A stretch of 64,000 nt of DNA. It comes from Aplysia californica. Its lineage: Eukaryota. The notes below the pieces were generated by a model. That model worked only from the letters and a program-made list of their open reading frames with translations. It ran no database searches and had not been told where the DNA came from. The stretch spans positions 571,329 to 635,328 of the forward strand of contig NW_004797574.1 in NCBI RefSeq assembly GCF_000002075.1, given 5' to 3'. The position numbers and the translations under genes are program-made. Shown piece after piece: positions 35,837 to 49,400 of this stretch (position 1 is its first letter; each line of letters starts with the position of its first letter).

Positions 35837-38800
35837 TCTTTACATTCACTTTGGATTGTTCTGTGTGAGGTAATTGTTTTTGTTACTTGTTCATGTGTGT
35901 ATGGTTTCTGGCGAAAATGCACTACTTTTATTATACCCAAGTGAGTGGATGGGGTAGTTTTGGCTGGGAGTGTACTGTTGGGAATGGCAACAGGTGTTGC
36001 TTTAGAAGACTTAGCTGAGACTCGAAGAACATTTGTATTTTATTTACTTTCCTTTTGTCTGTCTTGGTTTAGATGACTTCAAGGGGTCGTGGTTTGCTCC
36101 TTCTTTCTCATCAAACTTCTGCCATCCTTATCTCTCCTCTTCCTTTATTTTTGTTTGTTACTTTCTTGTAACACTTCTAATCTTTGGTAGGCCTGCTTAT
36201 ATGACTTAATTGTGTTGCAAGTGCTGTTGTAAAACTCAGTCACAATTCGCTACCCCAGAATTACAGTTCTATCTGCACAGTTAGTTTTCAACAAAACCTG
36301 CCAAGGTCTGAATTACATGTACAAAGTTCTATTTGCAAAATGAGGGAATCTCCAGTTTTGGCCCCTATAGTTTTTATATATATATATATATGGGTAGGGT
36401 AGTTTATGTGTACTTTGGTACTGTCTTCTCTCGTTCTTCTGTTTAGTTGGCTATATTATAATTTTCTCATTTTACATACATTGGAAACCAGTGTTGTTTT
36501 TAGAACAACAAAGTGCAGAGGATTGAATCTCGTATTCATTTGTGTGGGACTAATCAATGCCAGTGCAGTTAAAAAAGAATGCCTGTGGTGCTAGAAATAA
36601 AAGCTCTTTAGAGTTTAGAGGTCTACCTCACCTCAAATGTCAGAACATGTACTGGTTCAAACACTGGATTGGCCATCTGGAAACCTTCAGGTTCTCTTCC
36701 TTTTTAGCCTCTGGATAACTTTTTCTTTGATTGTTAAGTGTCGGTCAATGGTGGAAATGAAACAAACGCCAAAACCTGCATGATGAAAATGGTAGTGCTA
36801 AAGTAGTACAATGTGAGTAGATTCTAATGTTGAGAAATATGTCTCCAGGATGAAAGACAATTTCTGTCAATGTCAGTAAATGGTAAAGATGGTGCTGATC
36901 GTAATTGGTAGCGGATCACGATGAATAGAGCACCGGTATCTGTGGTGCAGCAGGTAGGCACTTCGTTGTTGCCCGAAAGAGACCTGCCTGAATCTGGAGA
37001 ATTTTTATCTCATTCTTTCTGCTGGGATGTATTCTTCCAGCCTTGGTTGGCCGTGACAATCGCATTTTTTTGTCTGTGAATAGTGCTTGTGTTCTCGTGT
37101 AAGTTTAAAGCTCTCTTGAGTGGTTAAGCTTTGTTTTTGCTTGTAGGACACACGAATTTGATTAAAATTACGTATGCATGAACATTCCGAAGACAAAATT
37201 GCCTTATTAGAATTAGACATGGTATTGGAAATCCGCTGGAAAAGGAAAAAGAGGTAGACCTACTGGAAGTTACAGACAGAGGAACAATTAGGGATGAAGC
37301 AATCGCTCAGGGCCTGGATATGCCAAGCCTCAGAAGGTGGCAAGAAACAGGCAAGACTGGAGTTGACTGCCTTCCACTTTATATACCTGACGATATAGTA
37401 TTAATATATATATATATTATATAGTACATAAATCAAAATGTACGTTTACTTGTTTGGTACGAAGAACATTCTATTAGCGTCCGAGTCATTTGATAAAAAC
37501 CTGTAAATTCTTTGCCATATATCGTCAGACCGAAGGGCTCGAACTCGGATGGCCTCTGGATCACATGTATGAACTGAACTGGCTTTGGAAAAAAAGTGTC
37601 TGTGTGTGCAAAGGGACAAAGGTATGTCTAGAGATAACACTGTTGGGAGTCTGCAGACTGCTGGCTACAGGCTTACAACAGGGAGGTACATCAGCCACTT
37701 GTTCGAAGGAGTCGGTGTTGTGCTCTAGAGGATAAAAAAACAGGTCAGCTCTGCTTTCTGAAGCCATTTTTTAAAAAGTTTGATCTGTGGTCCCTCTATA
37801 CAAACTAAAAGTCTGGTTTAGTTTTAGTGGCACTTGCATTGCTATACAATATGGTCATTGCAATACAATATGGTCATATAAGTACCGAAGAATGGATGTG
37901 TTACAATAGTTATAGAGTAACAAACACAAAAAAGGAGCAGAGAAGAATGATAGATGTATGGTAGTATTGGTAGGAAAGAAGGAGCAAGTAATTACTAATA
38001 CATGTGTAGGGTAGTCGTACCACATTGTACAGAAGTACAGTACATGTACATCACTCGAATCGGAATGTTTTTTTCGGCCTATTGAAAATTAAAGGTGGTA
38101 CTGGTTGTATGGTAATGGTACTAAAGTAGTTGAACCTCACACCGCCACTCTTGGGACAAGCATGAAGCCAGTGAAACAGCGGGGCTGGTGGTTTAATGGG
38201 GTACCTCTGTTAGGATCCGACTTCCCTACGTAGGGACATGGTTCTGCTGTGTGGTCTGAGCTAGAAAAATTGAAAAGTGACTTGACTTTTTTTTTACTGG
38301 TGAATATAATATATTATTATACACTACATGTACATGACATGCACATGTATTTAATTTAGAACCGAGTCCTTTCTCTCTTTCAATCTCCGTCTTTCACGAT
38401 GATTATCAAGTCGCCAACCAAGCAAATTTACAAAAATAGTTAAATGAGGATTGGACAGTAAAGTTGGTGGATGACGATGTGAAGGCATTAATAAACTTAT
38501 AAAAAGGCATTCCTTTTCGTATATTTGCTGTCTCTGTGGTTTTATGCACCCGGCATAATTTAGCAAAATTTGATCATTTTTTGCATAATTTCTTATTATT
38601 TTCCTTTATCATTCTTTGTTAAAATTAGCAGAATCGCATAATTTCACAATTTTGGGCTCAGTTTGCATAATTTCAGAATTTTTCTTGCGTACGACGGGGA
38701 CAGAGATATTGTCAAAACCTGGTGGTATAACGAGGTTTGGCTGTATACCGTGTATTCTGCCATTTGGCTGAAAACACTACTCATATAATGATATAAAGTG

Positions 38801-40577
38801 ACATTGAGTTTGAGCACAATGCCACGTGTTCTCTTACTCTTATGTGTCCACAATACACTACGACTGCTACAAAAATAAAGTACATGTAACGCTTGCTATC
38901 ATCACTTTCACTAGTTTTTACATTCTCTCTAATGGTGTACTAAAGAAATATAATAGGTCTACAGTTAGTATTTTTTTAAAAATTTGGTTCAGTTGATCGT
39001 AAGACTGGTTTACTGTTGCACGACACTGACAGGTTTGACTACTACTATATCATATGGTTGCTTGCACAAATTGGCTATCCCGAAAAATACTGTGAGAAAA
39101 TCAAAGGTAAAGTATTTGCCCCTTGTTCAGTTTCTTTAAAAGAGGAGAGTTTTCTCTTTTAACAAACAAATATAATACAAACCAATGAAACCAAACTTCT
39201 CCTACAGTGTAAGTAGAGCAATGTCCACTTTTGGTGTAGGTCAAGATTTCTGGAAACCTCCGAAATCTGGTTTAGCCCGCTTGTCCTTAAAGTAAGTTAA
39301 AGCGACCATATAGACCAACCTAGACCATACAAATATGAGCACACGTTTTCTATGATACTGTTTCCCCGTTTTGGGATAAAGATTCAAACTGTTTGCACAA
39401 ATAGATCATATACATAGCTTTTTCTCTGTAAAAAATATTTTACTCTCGTCTTTTGACATTATTTTTCCATAAAAACACCCCATGAACAGACCAATTTATT
39501 CTGCTCACCACCGTCATTGTCCCTATACATGACATAAACTTTTGTGTAACTTTCCCCTCTGAAACTCTAAATGCAAAAGAAAACAATGCGAGTCTAGTTT
39601 TGCAACACTATTCCAAATTTGATCAAGTATTTTTTTTTTTACAATCCATGGTGCAGTTGACTTGAAGTGATGTCAGAGGTGTTAAAAGTACATCATCTCA
39701 TTTGAAATTCAGCTTATAATTTGTATTTATATTCGTTGGGAATTGTTAAGGAGAAGAGGTGCCAGGACCAGAGAAAAAGATCAACTCAAATGAGTTCAAC
39801 ACAAGCGGTGTGGACTAATGACTACTAAGTACTATGCAATAATTATGTTTTATTCTCTCTCCCTATATATTATAATGAATTTGAATGTACCGGTAAAAAA
39901 GAAAAAAAGGAATGGTAGACCAACTGGAAGCTACAGAGACACAAGTAGTTCAGTAAGGATAAGGTAATCACCCACAGCATGGATATGCCCAGATTGGAGA
40001 AAGTGGCCAGGGACAGGCAAGCGTGGCATCGACTGCTCTAAGCCTTATACCCAGCGGTACTCACGGAGGTAACAACACATCTGGTTGTATTGTAAAGCGC
40101 ATACTTCATGGCATGTAAGCTATGTTAACTACATAAATAAATGCGATTACACTATTACTATTAGTACTCAACTCCACTTGTGTTGAACTCGCTCGAGTTG
40201 ATCTTTTTGATTAGTAAGGTTTTATTTAGTTTTCGTTAGAGTTTTATGGCACTTGTAACACAGTACGGTCATATAAGTGCCGAAGATTAGAGGTGTAACA
40301 TGAGAGAGTAACAAACACAAAAAAGGAGGAGAAATCAGGACGATAGATGTTTGTTGATAGGAAAGAAGTGAAGGAGCAAACCACACCAGAGCACCTGCCA
40401 ACCACCCACTTAGTGAAGTTTTATGGCGCTCCCAACTGCATAAAGTCATATATTCATATGGGTTGATCTTTTTCTCCGGTCCCAGAACCTCTTCTTCTTT
40501 ACAGTTCACTCCCTAATGTTTAAGTGGAACTTGGGAAGAGTTGATCTATTTTTCACTCCCCCAAGACAACTCATTAA

Positions 40578-40809
40578 CCCTATCCATACGCCCTGGGGTC
40601 ATTTTGTACCCTCAGGGTCGTATTCTTCACATTTTAGAATAGGCCTACTTCCAGTACGATCTCTTTGAAACTTTCAGTATTTCTCAAAAAATCATTTTGA
40701 CAGACTGCATACGGACCGGATTAACGAGCAATTTCCTCTTTGGAAAGTGGTGGCACAGAGTTCCCCACGCCGCATGGATACGATAATAAAACACGGCGTA
40801 CGGATAGCG
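40578..40809. mobile_element. About 240-bp piggyBac-like MITE, copy 2 (opposite orientation)
   Basis: ttaa|CCCTATCCATACG ... CGTACGGATAGCG|tcaa; reverse-complement match to 259-498. Confidence 0.8.
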
Positions 40810-40989
40810 TCAATAGCCGACTGTTGTATTCTAATTCTAATTGAATTCACAGAAACACCAGTACACCTCACCCAAGCTGCTCTGAACTCCACAAATTTGC
40901 AGAGTCACAATCACATAAAACTAAAACACAACCAGGCAACCAGCAAAAAGTGAGGAAAACCATGGGGAGACATTCTTACTGCATTTCAT

Positions 40990-40995
40990 TTTATT
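40990..40995 (-). promoter_or_regulatory. Candidate distal polyadenylation signal of CNOT4 (a proximal one is at 42874-42879)
   Basis: AATAAA on the minus strand at the end of a largely repeat-poor 2.2-kb stretch after the stop. Confidence 0.4.
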
Positions 40996-43209
40996 GTCAG
41001 TCTCACTGCTTGCTTTACACAAGACCAAGCTGTCATAGCCACACCAACATGTAGTAAGGATAAATAGGATTTTCTTGTATGTGTTTGATAGCTCCGCCTC
41101 ACAGCAAGCCACTGTTGCTTCACAGGGAACACGCCTCCTCCCGCGTGCACATGTGCATGTATTTGTGTTTGTGTGTGTGTGTGTGTGTGAATGTGCATAA
41201 CCCATTGGTAGTGGACATTTGGGACTCTACACCCGAGTCATAATATGTATCCATACAATCATAAGAAGATGAAATCTTTTCATTTAGTGCAGCTATGTTT
41301 TCATCACAGACAGAAAAAGGTTCAAATTAAGTTAATGATTAATTAGTAAATGTGTTCCACATTGACCAGACTTGAAACTATATAACAAAATGGTACTTCA
41401 CTGTTCACAGAAAAAAATGAGCTAGGCTATACGGAGACTCGAGAAGATCAGAAATTTGTCTCAATAATCAGGGGGGGGAACAAAAAGGAACGAATATTGA
41501 AGGAAGTAGGGGGAAATGAAAAATAAAATGGTTTTATATTATAAAGTTACTATGGAACCAAACGATATCATGTCTAGTTCACCCAACTGAGGTGCCATGT
41601 TCACTGTGCTGTATGTCTCAAGTCAATGATCCTGTTCTGGTAAAAGAAACGTAAAAACCAGATTTAAAATGATAATATAATCCCGCAAGTTCAATTAAAG
41701 CAATATTTCCATACCTAGGTAGGCTACTGTAAAAGAAGAGAGTCTGCACGCCGTCAAATTATCCCAACTTGACAGGGTTCACATAACTTGATATATTTAT
41801 GGCAACTGCAGGTCACAAGTACAGCAGACCAACACCACCTTGACGAGGTGATCGATACCTCCTCAACGAGGCGATACCTTCCTTATGAGGCGACATCTTC
41901 CTAATGACTTGTTTGCATCCTCCACAAGGCACACAAGATCTCTGAAACCACCTCGGCAAAAACGAGGCACTTAGATCAAGGATGTATTATATTGATGGTG
42001 TCCGGCGCATGCCAATATTTTATCAAATTCAACTTTTGATTATGTTGTAAAGCAGGGTCAAACACAATCATCTCGAAAAATGATGCAAAAATTCCAACAT
42101 TTGGAAGGGCATGAAATATCGACATGAAATTTGATTTGAAGTAGTCTTTGATAAGATTAATTACAAAGTTTTTAGCCTCTCCAGTAAAATAGGCTTCCTG
42201 GGAGATGGCCCAACTGTGCCCAACACCATCAATATCAATGTCTGCAAATTTGGGGTGAGGGAGCCCCATCCCAGTGCTAAAACAGAAATCTCTACAGAAG
42301 AGGCACTTCTGAAATTCTGACAACCTCGCTGACAATCACACCTGTGTAGCATTCATAATCAGACATAAAAGCATCTTCTGAACTACAAGCACATAACCAT
42401 TGTGGCTTGATTCCCCCTTTTCATTTCTATATCTCTCTTCAACCCACTTTATCTATCAGCAAACCGAATTACACTATCAAGGCAAAAGCTAAAGCATTCT
42501 CATGGCAAAACTGTTCTTACATCTACAGACTTCCACCCCTTACACCTGCCTATGGCTTCAGCACAACTTCTCTCACACAAACACTAATAAAAGCAATACA
42601 TACATGTAAGAAATCCGACAGCTCTCGAGATATCACATTGACTTGTGGGGTGCTTAACTCATTCCTTTTATGTAGCAACAATTACAGCACAAATTCTCTT
42701 CAACCACACTATTTCAAGTTTTCCAACGACCTGAGATTATGGAAATAAAAAGAGGAAATGTCTAAATTTGGAACTGCAGATTCAAAATAAGTCTTTTTTT
42801 TCTGCCACTGTCCCCGTCCCAGCAGTTGGAGACCTCAGAGAACCCACTAGTTTCGCAGGGGTGGGTTTTTTTGTTTATTGTGCAAAGCCATCAGCTCGAA
42901 CGAGTGATACAAAAGAATACAATTGTAGAGAGCTACAAGGAACACATTGAATCAATGACCACAGCTACAATATGCTATCCATAATAATATTCCCTGAGCA
43001 CGGGTTTGCTCACATTACAACTGTTGTGACCTTGTGGAGGATGCAAGGAAAATTCCATGATGAAAACTATGAGAAATCTTTGTCAAAAGTAAAAGGGGGA
43101 ACACCGCTTCTTTCAAGTTCTGATCTACGTAAAAGATAAAGGTAGCCGATAGTTTAAAAAATTGAGCAAGAAGCTTGCACGCTTTACGGCCACTTGTGTT
43201 CATCATCTG

Positions 43210-43220
43210 CTACTGGAGCA
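43210..43220 (-). CDS. CNOT4: CNOT4 candidate distal terminal exon (VLQ*)
   Basis: atttttctttttgttttcag|TGCTCCAGTAG; strong acceptor, phase 1. Confidence 0.65.
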
Positions 43221-46200
43221 CTGAAAACAAAAAGAAAAATGACAGGCATTTAGTCCAAGAATCATTATATAAAAATATATAAAAAACCCAACAAAAAACA
43301 ACCAAAACCAAAAAGTGTATGAAGTAAAGTATTGTCACAATCAAAGTACAATTGAGAAAGTCATTCCCCCCTCCCAGGTCTCTGTGCATTCATACAATAG
43401 ATGGTCAATTATTTGTTCTGTACCCTCAATATGGAAGACATTTGCTATGTGCAATAAAAATGGAAGCAGTTGACAATAGAAAAAAAAAATGGTCTGGGCA
43501 AAATACTGATGCCGTTTACACATGCACGACAGCATCAATTTGTCCTGTTTCAATGTTGGCAGCAAAATAACAGTGTGCCGCAATCATCTTTCCAGGCTGG
43601 CGAATTTTTCCACACCCAAGCGAGACATCAAACGTTACATCATCAGATTCTCCAACAACAAACAAAATTACATCAACTGAGACTGATTTGGCGTTGTGTA
43701 TGTGAAAAGGCTCTCTAGGCGTAGAGTTTGTGATGAGGCTCTCAAATTCATGACTGTCGGGGACTGTCCCAGGAAATTCTAGACTGTCTGCAAGCCTGTT
43801 TTTCTGAATGAAAACGTGTGTGTGCACGCGCGCTTGCATGGGTGTGTGCATATATATATATATATTTGTGTGTGTAGGCATTTAAACTTTACTTTCCTCG
43901 ACATTAGTGAACACTCACCTTCTGCCATCTGGTGAGAATCTGTGGTCTGTTGGCTGGGGAGTCCCGGGGCGCGAAAGCCTGGCGGGGGGTTGCGTGTGTG
44001 TGGGGGCCAGCCCCCGGATCCAGCCAGAGGGAACTGCTGGACAAAGGGCAGTCTGTGGGAGGGGCCGTCCGACTCTGTCAGTTGCTGCAGAGACTTGAGC
44101 CAGTGAGGAGCGGTCTCCGGGAACAAACCCGCTGGGGAGAGGAGTAGAGTTGTAATACAAGGTGAAAGGCATTGATGTTTGTTTGTTCGGGGGGGGGTGT
44201 TGGTCATAGTTTTTTCTACTGCACTTGCAATACAGTTTTTTCAGTAAGAGTTTTAAGGCACTTGCAACACAATAAGGTCATGTCTTGCAAATCAAATACG
44301 TCATTTAAGTGCCAAAGATTAGGTGTCACTAGAGAGTAACACGCACAGAAAAAGGAGAGATAAAGACAATAGATGTCCGACAGAACAGAAGGAGCACAAA
44401 CCACACCAGTCATTTAGTGCTGAGAAAAAGTAAGACAAAGCGACAGTGTCACAGAAAAAAGAGGGAAAGTAAAGAAGTTTGTCTTTTCAAGAGTAACCAA
44501 CCACCCGCCATAACACAGCATCAAACCTAAAACTAACACAACATAACAAACACCACCTTTTGTTGCTTTAGCTAGTCAATATTTGACACCTCTGCATTTC
44601 CCACAGCATAAAGCATGATCAACTGCGCAGACAAGGGAAACAGGACAAGACATTGTGCAGAAACACAACAAAAGTTGGAACAACAACCCCCCCCCCCAAA
44701 AACAAACAAACCACATGTCACCAGAAGCAAAGAGAATGATAATGACACTAAAATGAACAAGACTGCACACTGGAACTTTACTGAACAGAAAGGAAACAAG
44801 ACGAGAATGTTTATCAGAAATATACAACAGAGCCAGCACTCGCACGCACACACAAAAAATTAATAAATCCCCCAGAATCTAAAGGAGTGATAAGAACACT
44901 GAGAAGAAAAAGGCACACTGTTACTGTTTTCCCAGAGAAGGAAAACAAAGACAAGAATATGATGCAGAAATACATGAACACTTGGCACAAAAAGACGAGA
45001 CACAACTCCCTCAAGACAAATAGGAGATAAAAACACAAAAGAACACTGAATGAGCATGCCACACAGGACTGTTGATGAACCACCTGCAAAAGACGGGGGG
45101 ACATCTGGCATACCTGCAGGATCTGAAAACTGACTGGTAGTCAAAATGGCTGGATCATTCCACGGAGAATCGGGAGAGCTGGACAGAGGCCAACCTGGCA
45201 GAGGAAACGCAAACGATGTCATGTCCTTCTCTTTTTTTTCTTACACACCCCTATCCCAACACTAACATTGTCATGTCCTCCTCTCTTTCCTACACACCCC
45301 TATCCCAACACTAACATTGTCATGTCTTCCTCTTTCCTACACACCCCTATCCCAACACTAACATTATCATGTCCTCCTCTCTTTCCTACACATCCCTATC
45401 CCAACACTAACATTGTCATGTCTTCCTCTCTTTCCTACACATCCCTATCCCAACGCTAACATTGTCATGTCCTCCTCTCTTTCCTACACATCCCTATCCC
45501 AACGCTAACATTGTCATGTCCTCCTCTCTTTCCTACACATCCCTATCCCAACACGAACATTGTCATGTCCTCCTCTCTTTCCTACACATCCCTATCCCAA
45601 CACGAACATTGTCATGTCCTCCTCTCTTTCCCACACACCCCTATCCCAACGCCAACATTGTCATACCCTTCTCTCTCTTTCCTACACATCCATATCCCAA
45701 TGCTATCAATGTCATGTCCTTCTCTCCCTCCTCCATATCATAACCCCCCCCCCCCCCCCCAAAGAACAGACACCATAGTAAAACATACACAACAGTCGGG
45801 CCCCCCCCCCCCCCCCCCCCGTCCCCCAAAAAAGTACCACCACCTTCTTCCTCACCCCGCCCTTGGAGCAAATGGTTGGACCATAAAGAGAAAAAAAAAC
45901 AGGAAAATTTTTATTCCTTCCAAAACACACCAATGGTTAATGCCACATCTTTTTTTGGGGGGGGGGAATTAAATTCTAGAGACGGGAACTTTTCATTTTC
46001 AAGACAATCCTGTCAACGCCGCATTGGAAGGGACACTGTAGTGCACGCGACAGCGATTTGGCTAAACAGTAACAGCTACATCTTCTTATGGGCAGACTAG
46101 GACAAAAGTTACATGAAAAAACAACTTTGCACAGCTCTCAATTTGCTTCCTATTTTAGGGAGAAAAAACAAAACAAATCCGCTCGGATAAACACCTGTCC

Positions 46201-46431
46201 ATGACAACCCAATCACCTGTCCAAACGACCACCTCCCTTCTTTTCATTTTTTTTCTATATGTTATAATGATGACACTGCCCATGACACACACCTAAGACA
46301 ACCACTTTTCTCCTCGACAATGGGTGACCACCCAGGGACAATTTCCACTGTACTTACTTTTGTTTAAATGCTGGCTCTGATGTGTGTGGTGCATGGAACT
46401 GGGAATCTGTGGCTGCTGCTGGGTTTGATGC

Positions 46432-46468
<37 letters not shown>

Positions 46469-49400
46469 GCTGCTGCTGCTGCTGTTGGTGTGGCACTGAA
46501 CCAAAACTGATGTTGATGTTTGGAAGCATTGATCGCAGCTGCTCCTGCATGTCTTTCATATTGTACAGTTCACGCTGGAGGAAGATAACCAAAACGAGAT
46601 ACATGTTAGGTTATACAATATCCGTATGAAGAAAATACAAAAATCGAAGAGAAAAACAATGGATAAAACTTATAAAATTCAAACTTCTTAACAAACTTTT
46701 GTACTAACCAGCCAGAGTCAAAGGTATAGAAACAAGCAAGGGTTTCTAAAGAGCAGTTTTAAAGAGCAAGCTATTTCTAAAATGTATTGCTACAACAGAA
46801 CATATTGTTAGAAAAAACCCAAAAAACTTCTGTTTTAGTTTTCGTACAAGTTCTTGGCTTTGGAAACGCAAAAAGGTGATGTAAGTGCCAAAGTTTAGAA
46901 GTGTTACAGTAGTGGGACAGATTCATCTGTGACCCACCCGATACCTTAACTCTCAGCAGTTCACCGAAAGGAAAATCGTACGAATTCGTACGATGAGCAT
47001 CGGGTGTAGATCTAACGGCAGAAATCCATTCCTTTTTACATTTTGATGCTTCTAATACCTTTTTTATCATAAAAAAGGGTTGAATCTATATATTTTTCAT
47101 AAAAATAATCATAATTTATAAAATATTGTAAAAATTTGGTGCACGGAAAATCAACGTTTGTTTACGTTCTCTCCGCCGCCATTTTGGATTTTGGGAGAAG
47201 GCCAGCTGTGAAGTTTCTACACTAAAAATCGGAAAAAAGCGTAAAAATGTCGTCAGATGAGTCTGATATTGACCTGAATGACTCAATGGATGAAGAATCT
47301 GATGTCTGGGTACCAGAATCGGACGATGAGGGTCCCGAGGACGGAAACCAAGCCCCGACTTTGACCAATCGTGATCAAAACAACAGGTTAGTGTTTTGTT
47401 TACATCCTGCCTCTGCACAAGAAAGCCTATAAAATGTATTCTAGTGGGTTTAGGCCACTGGTATTGTTACTTCAAGCTTACAGAATAGTTATTTGTGGTA
47501 ACCTGAAGTTGTGAAAGCATGGTTTGCCTCTAAAAAATTTTAATTAACCTTTTTTATGTGCCTAGCTACGGTTGTCATGTTATTGTTTACACAGCAATTC
47601 CTCAAACAGGAAGTTTGTTTTTGTTTACACCTCACCCGTGTACAGTAGCCTTATTCCCTGCTAAGATTTTATCATTGTGATAATATGATGATAATGACAG
47701 AACAGCTTTGTTCAAGGTCTGCCTCTGTCTAGATCTAGATCTAGATCTAGAAATAAGTGCCTATGACATAGGCCTTATCAACATGTCAACTTCGACTCCG
47801 CCGATAGCGTCCTAATCCTTTGCTTATTTTCTTCCCTCAGAAACTAGCCACAACCTCCACGTAACCAGTCTTACGCGGACCAGGATGATGGCCCACCAGA
47901 ACCACTGCCTCAGTTTAGGCCTGCCGTGCTGTTGGCCTGCATCTCCCTGACTGTATCACCCGACAGGACATCCGAAGTTTTCTGACGCCAGGTGAGAGCA
48001 TTATTGCACGGAGTACGAGAAATTTTTATTTTTGTAATTGCTTTCTGTTTGCCCTTACTTCACTCCGACAGGCAGGTGAGTTCACTGATTCACATGTTAC
48101 ACCTGGGGACCTTTGTTATTCATTTGTAGAAAACACTCTTGATGCCATTATGTAGTTAAAACTGATATTACCTTGTGGGCCAGGATTTTCTGACAGTTCG
48201 ATTGATGTCAGTGTTCCAAGCAGACTATCCTTTCCAAATGACTTATGTAACTTATGTCTTCTTCTTGTCTTCTTATTTCCTCAGCATCCTTCTTCAAACT
48301 GTTTTTCTGCACTGAGATGGTGAATCAGATCTGCCTCTTCTCTAATGAGTACGCCCCGATGACAGGACCCAACAAACCATCTGTCTTTCGCTCCTGGGAG
48401 GATCTTGACTCTGAGATGTTTCTCAAGTTCGTTGGACTGCTAATGTATATGTCTATTGTTCATCTACCAAATTTAGAGCTGTACTGGTCTACGAAAACCT
48501 GTTTTCATGGACTATGGGCAAGGGCATACATGAGCAAACTAAATTTCAAACAAATTCAGTCTTTTTTTAAATTATGCAATCCAGACACTGAGCGAGATAC
48601 TGATAAGCTACGGAAAGTTAGGTTTGTGCACTATTTTTTGAGTATGAAATGTATGAAGTATTGGCAACCTAACCAGTGTGTTAGCATAGATGAGAGGATG
48701 GTTCAAAATAAGGGGAGATACAGTTTCAGGCAATACATAAAGGATAACTAAATGGGGGATGAAGTTACGGGTGGTTGCAGATTCGATGAATGGGTACACA
48801 TACAATTATGAAGTTTACACAGGGAAGGATGGGGGCACACTATTGGATATTTTTGTTTCAATAAAAATAGAAACTGTTTGCTTGCAGAGCATACTGTAGA
48901 ATAGTCTTTTGCCACTTACTACAATTATTGGACAGTTGAGTAGAAAAATGTTTTTTGTTTTAGGAGAGGTTTTACAGCGCTCGCAACTGCAAAAGGTCAT
49001 ATATGAGCGCCAAGGGGTGGATGTCAACAGAGAAGTCCTTACAGGGAATCAGACTTACTCTGCTCTCCTCTCTAGCTTCAACAGCACAAAGTCTGCTTTG
49101 ACTATCAAGGCACCCCGGAAATAGTGGGTCACAAGAGTGTGACAAACTTACAAAAGAGGTAGAGGAAAATGACGATACTAAGGATTAGGAAAGAAAAAGC
49201 AGCAGTTCCCTGTTGTAGTTCAGGCACAGTTATGAGCATGACATTGTTGGATCAGCCCATTTACAATTCTATTGTGCATTAGGATGAGAAATGTCCCCCC
49301 TTTTGGAATGCCTAAAGACACTTCAGTCAGTGGCACTGCTGTGGGGAGGGGGAGTAGAATGTTTTTCCGTCATGGACCACAATGATGTAAAGTACCGTAC

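Noticed and set aside
36930-37000. tRNA-like sequence
   Set aside because: Only an A-box-like fragment; no cloverleaf or B box.
43779-43795. GLQTV as a class I PDZ-binding motif
   Set aside because: Position -2 is Gln, not Ser or Thr.
45216-45730. Regularly spaced repeats resembling a CRISPR array or repeat protein
   Set aside because: Units are contiguous with no unique spacers; this is an intronic minisatellite in a eukaryote.
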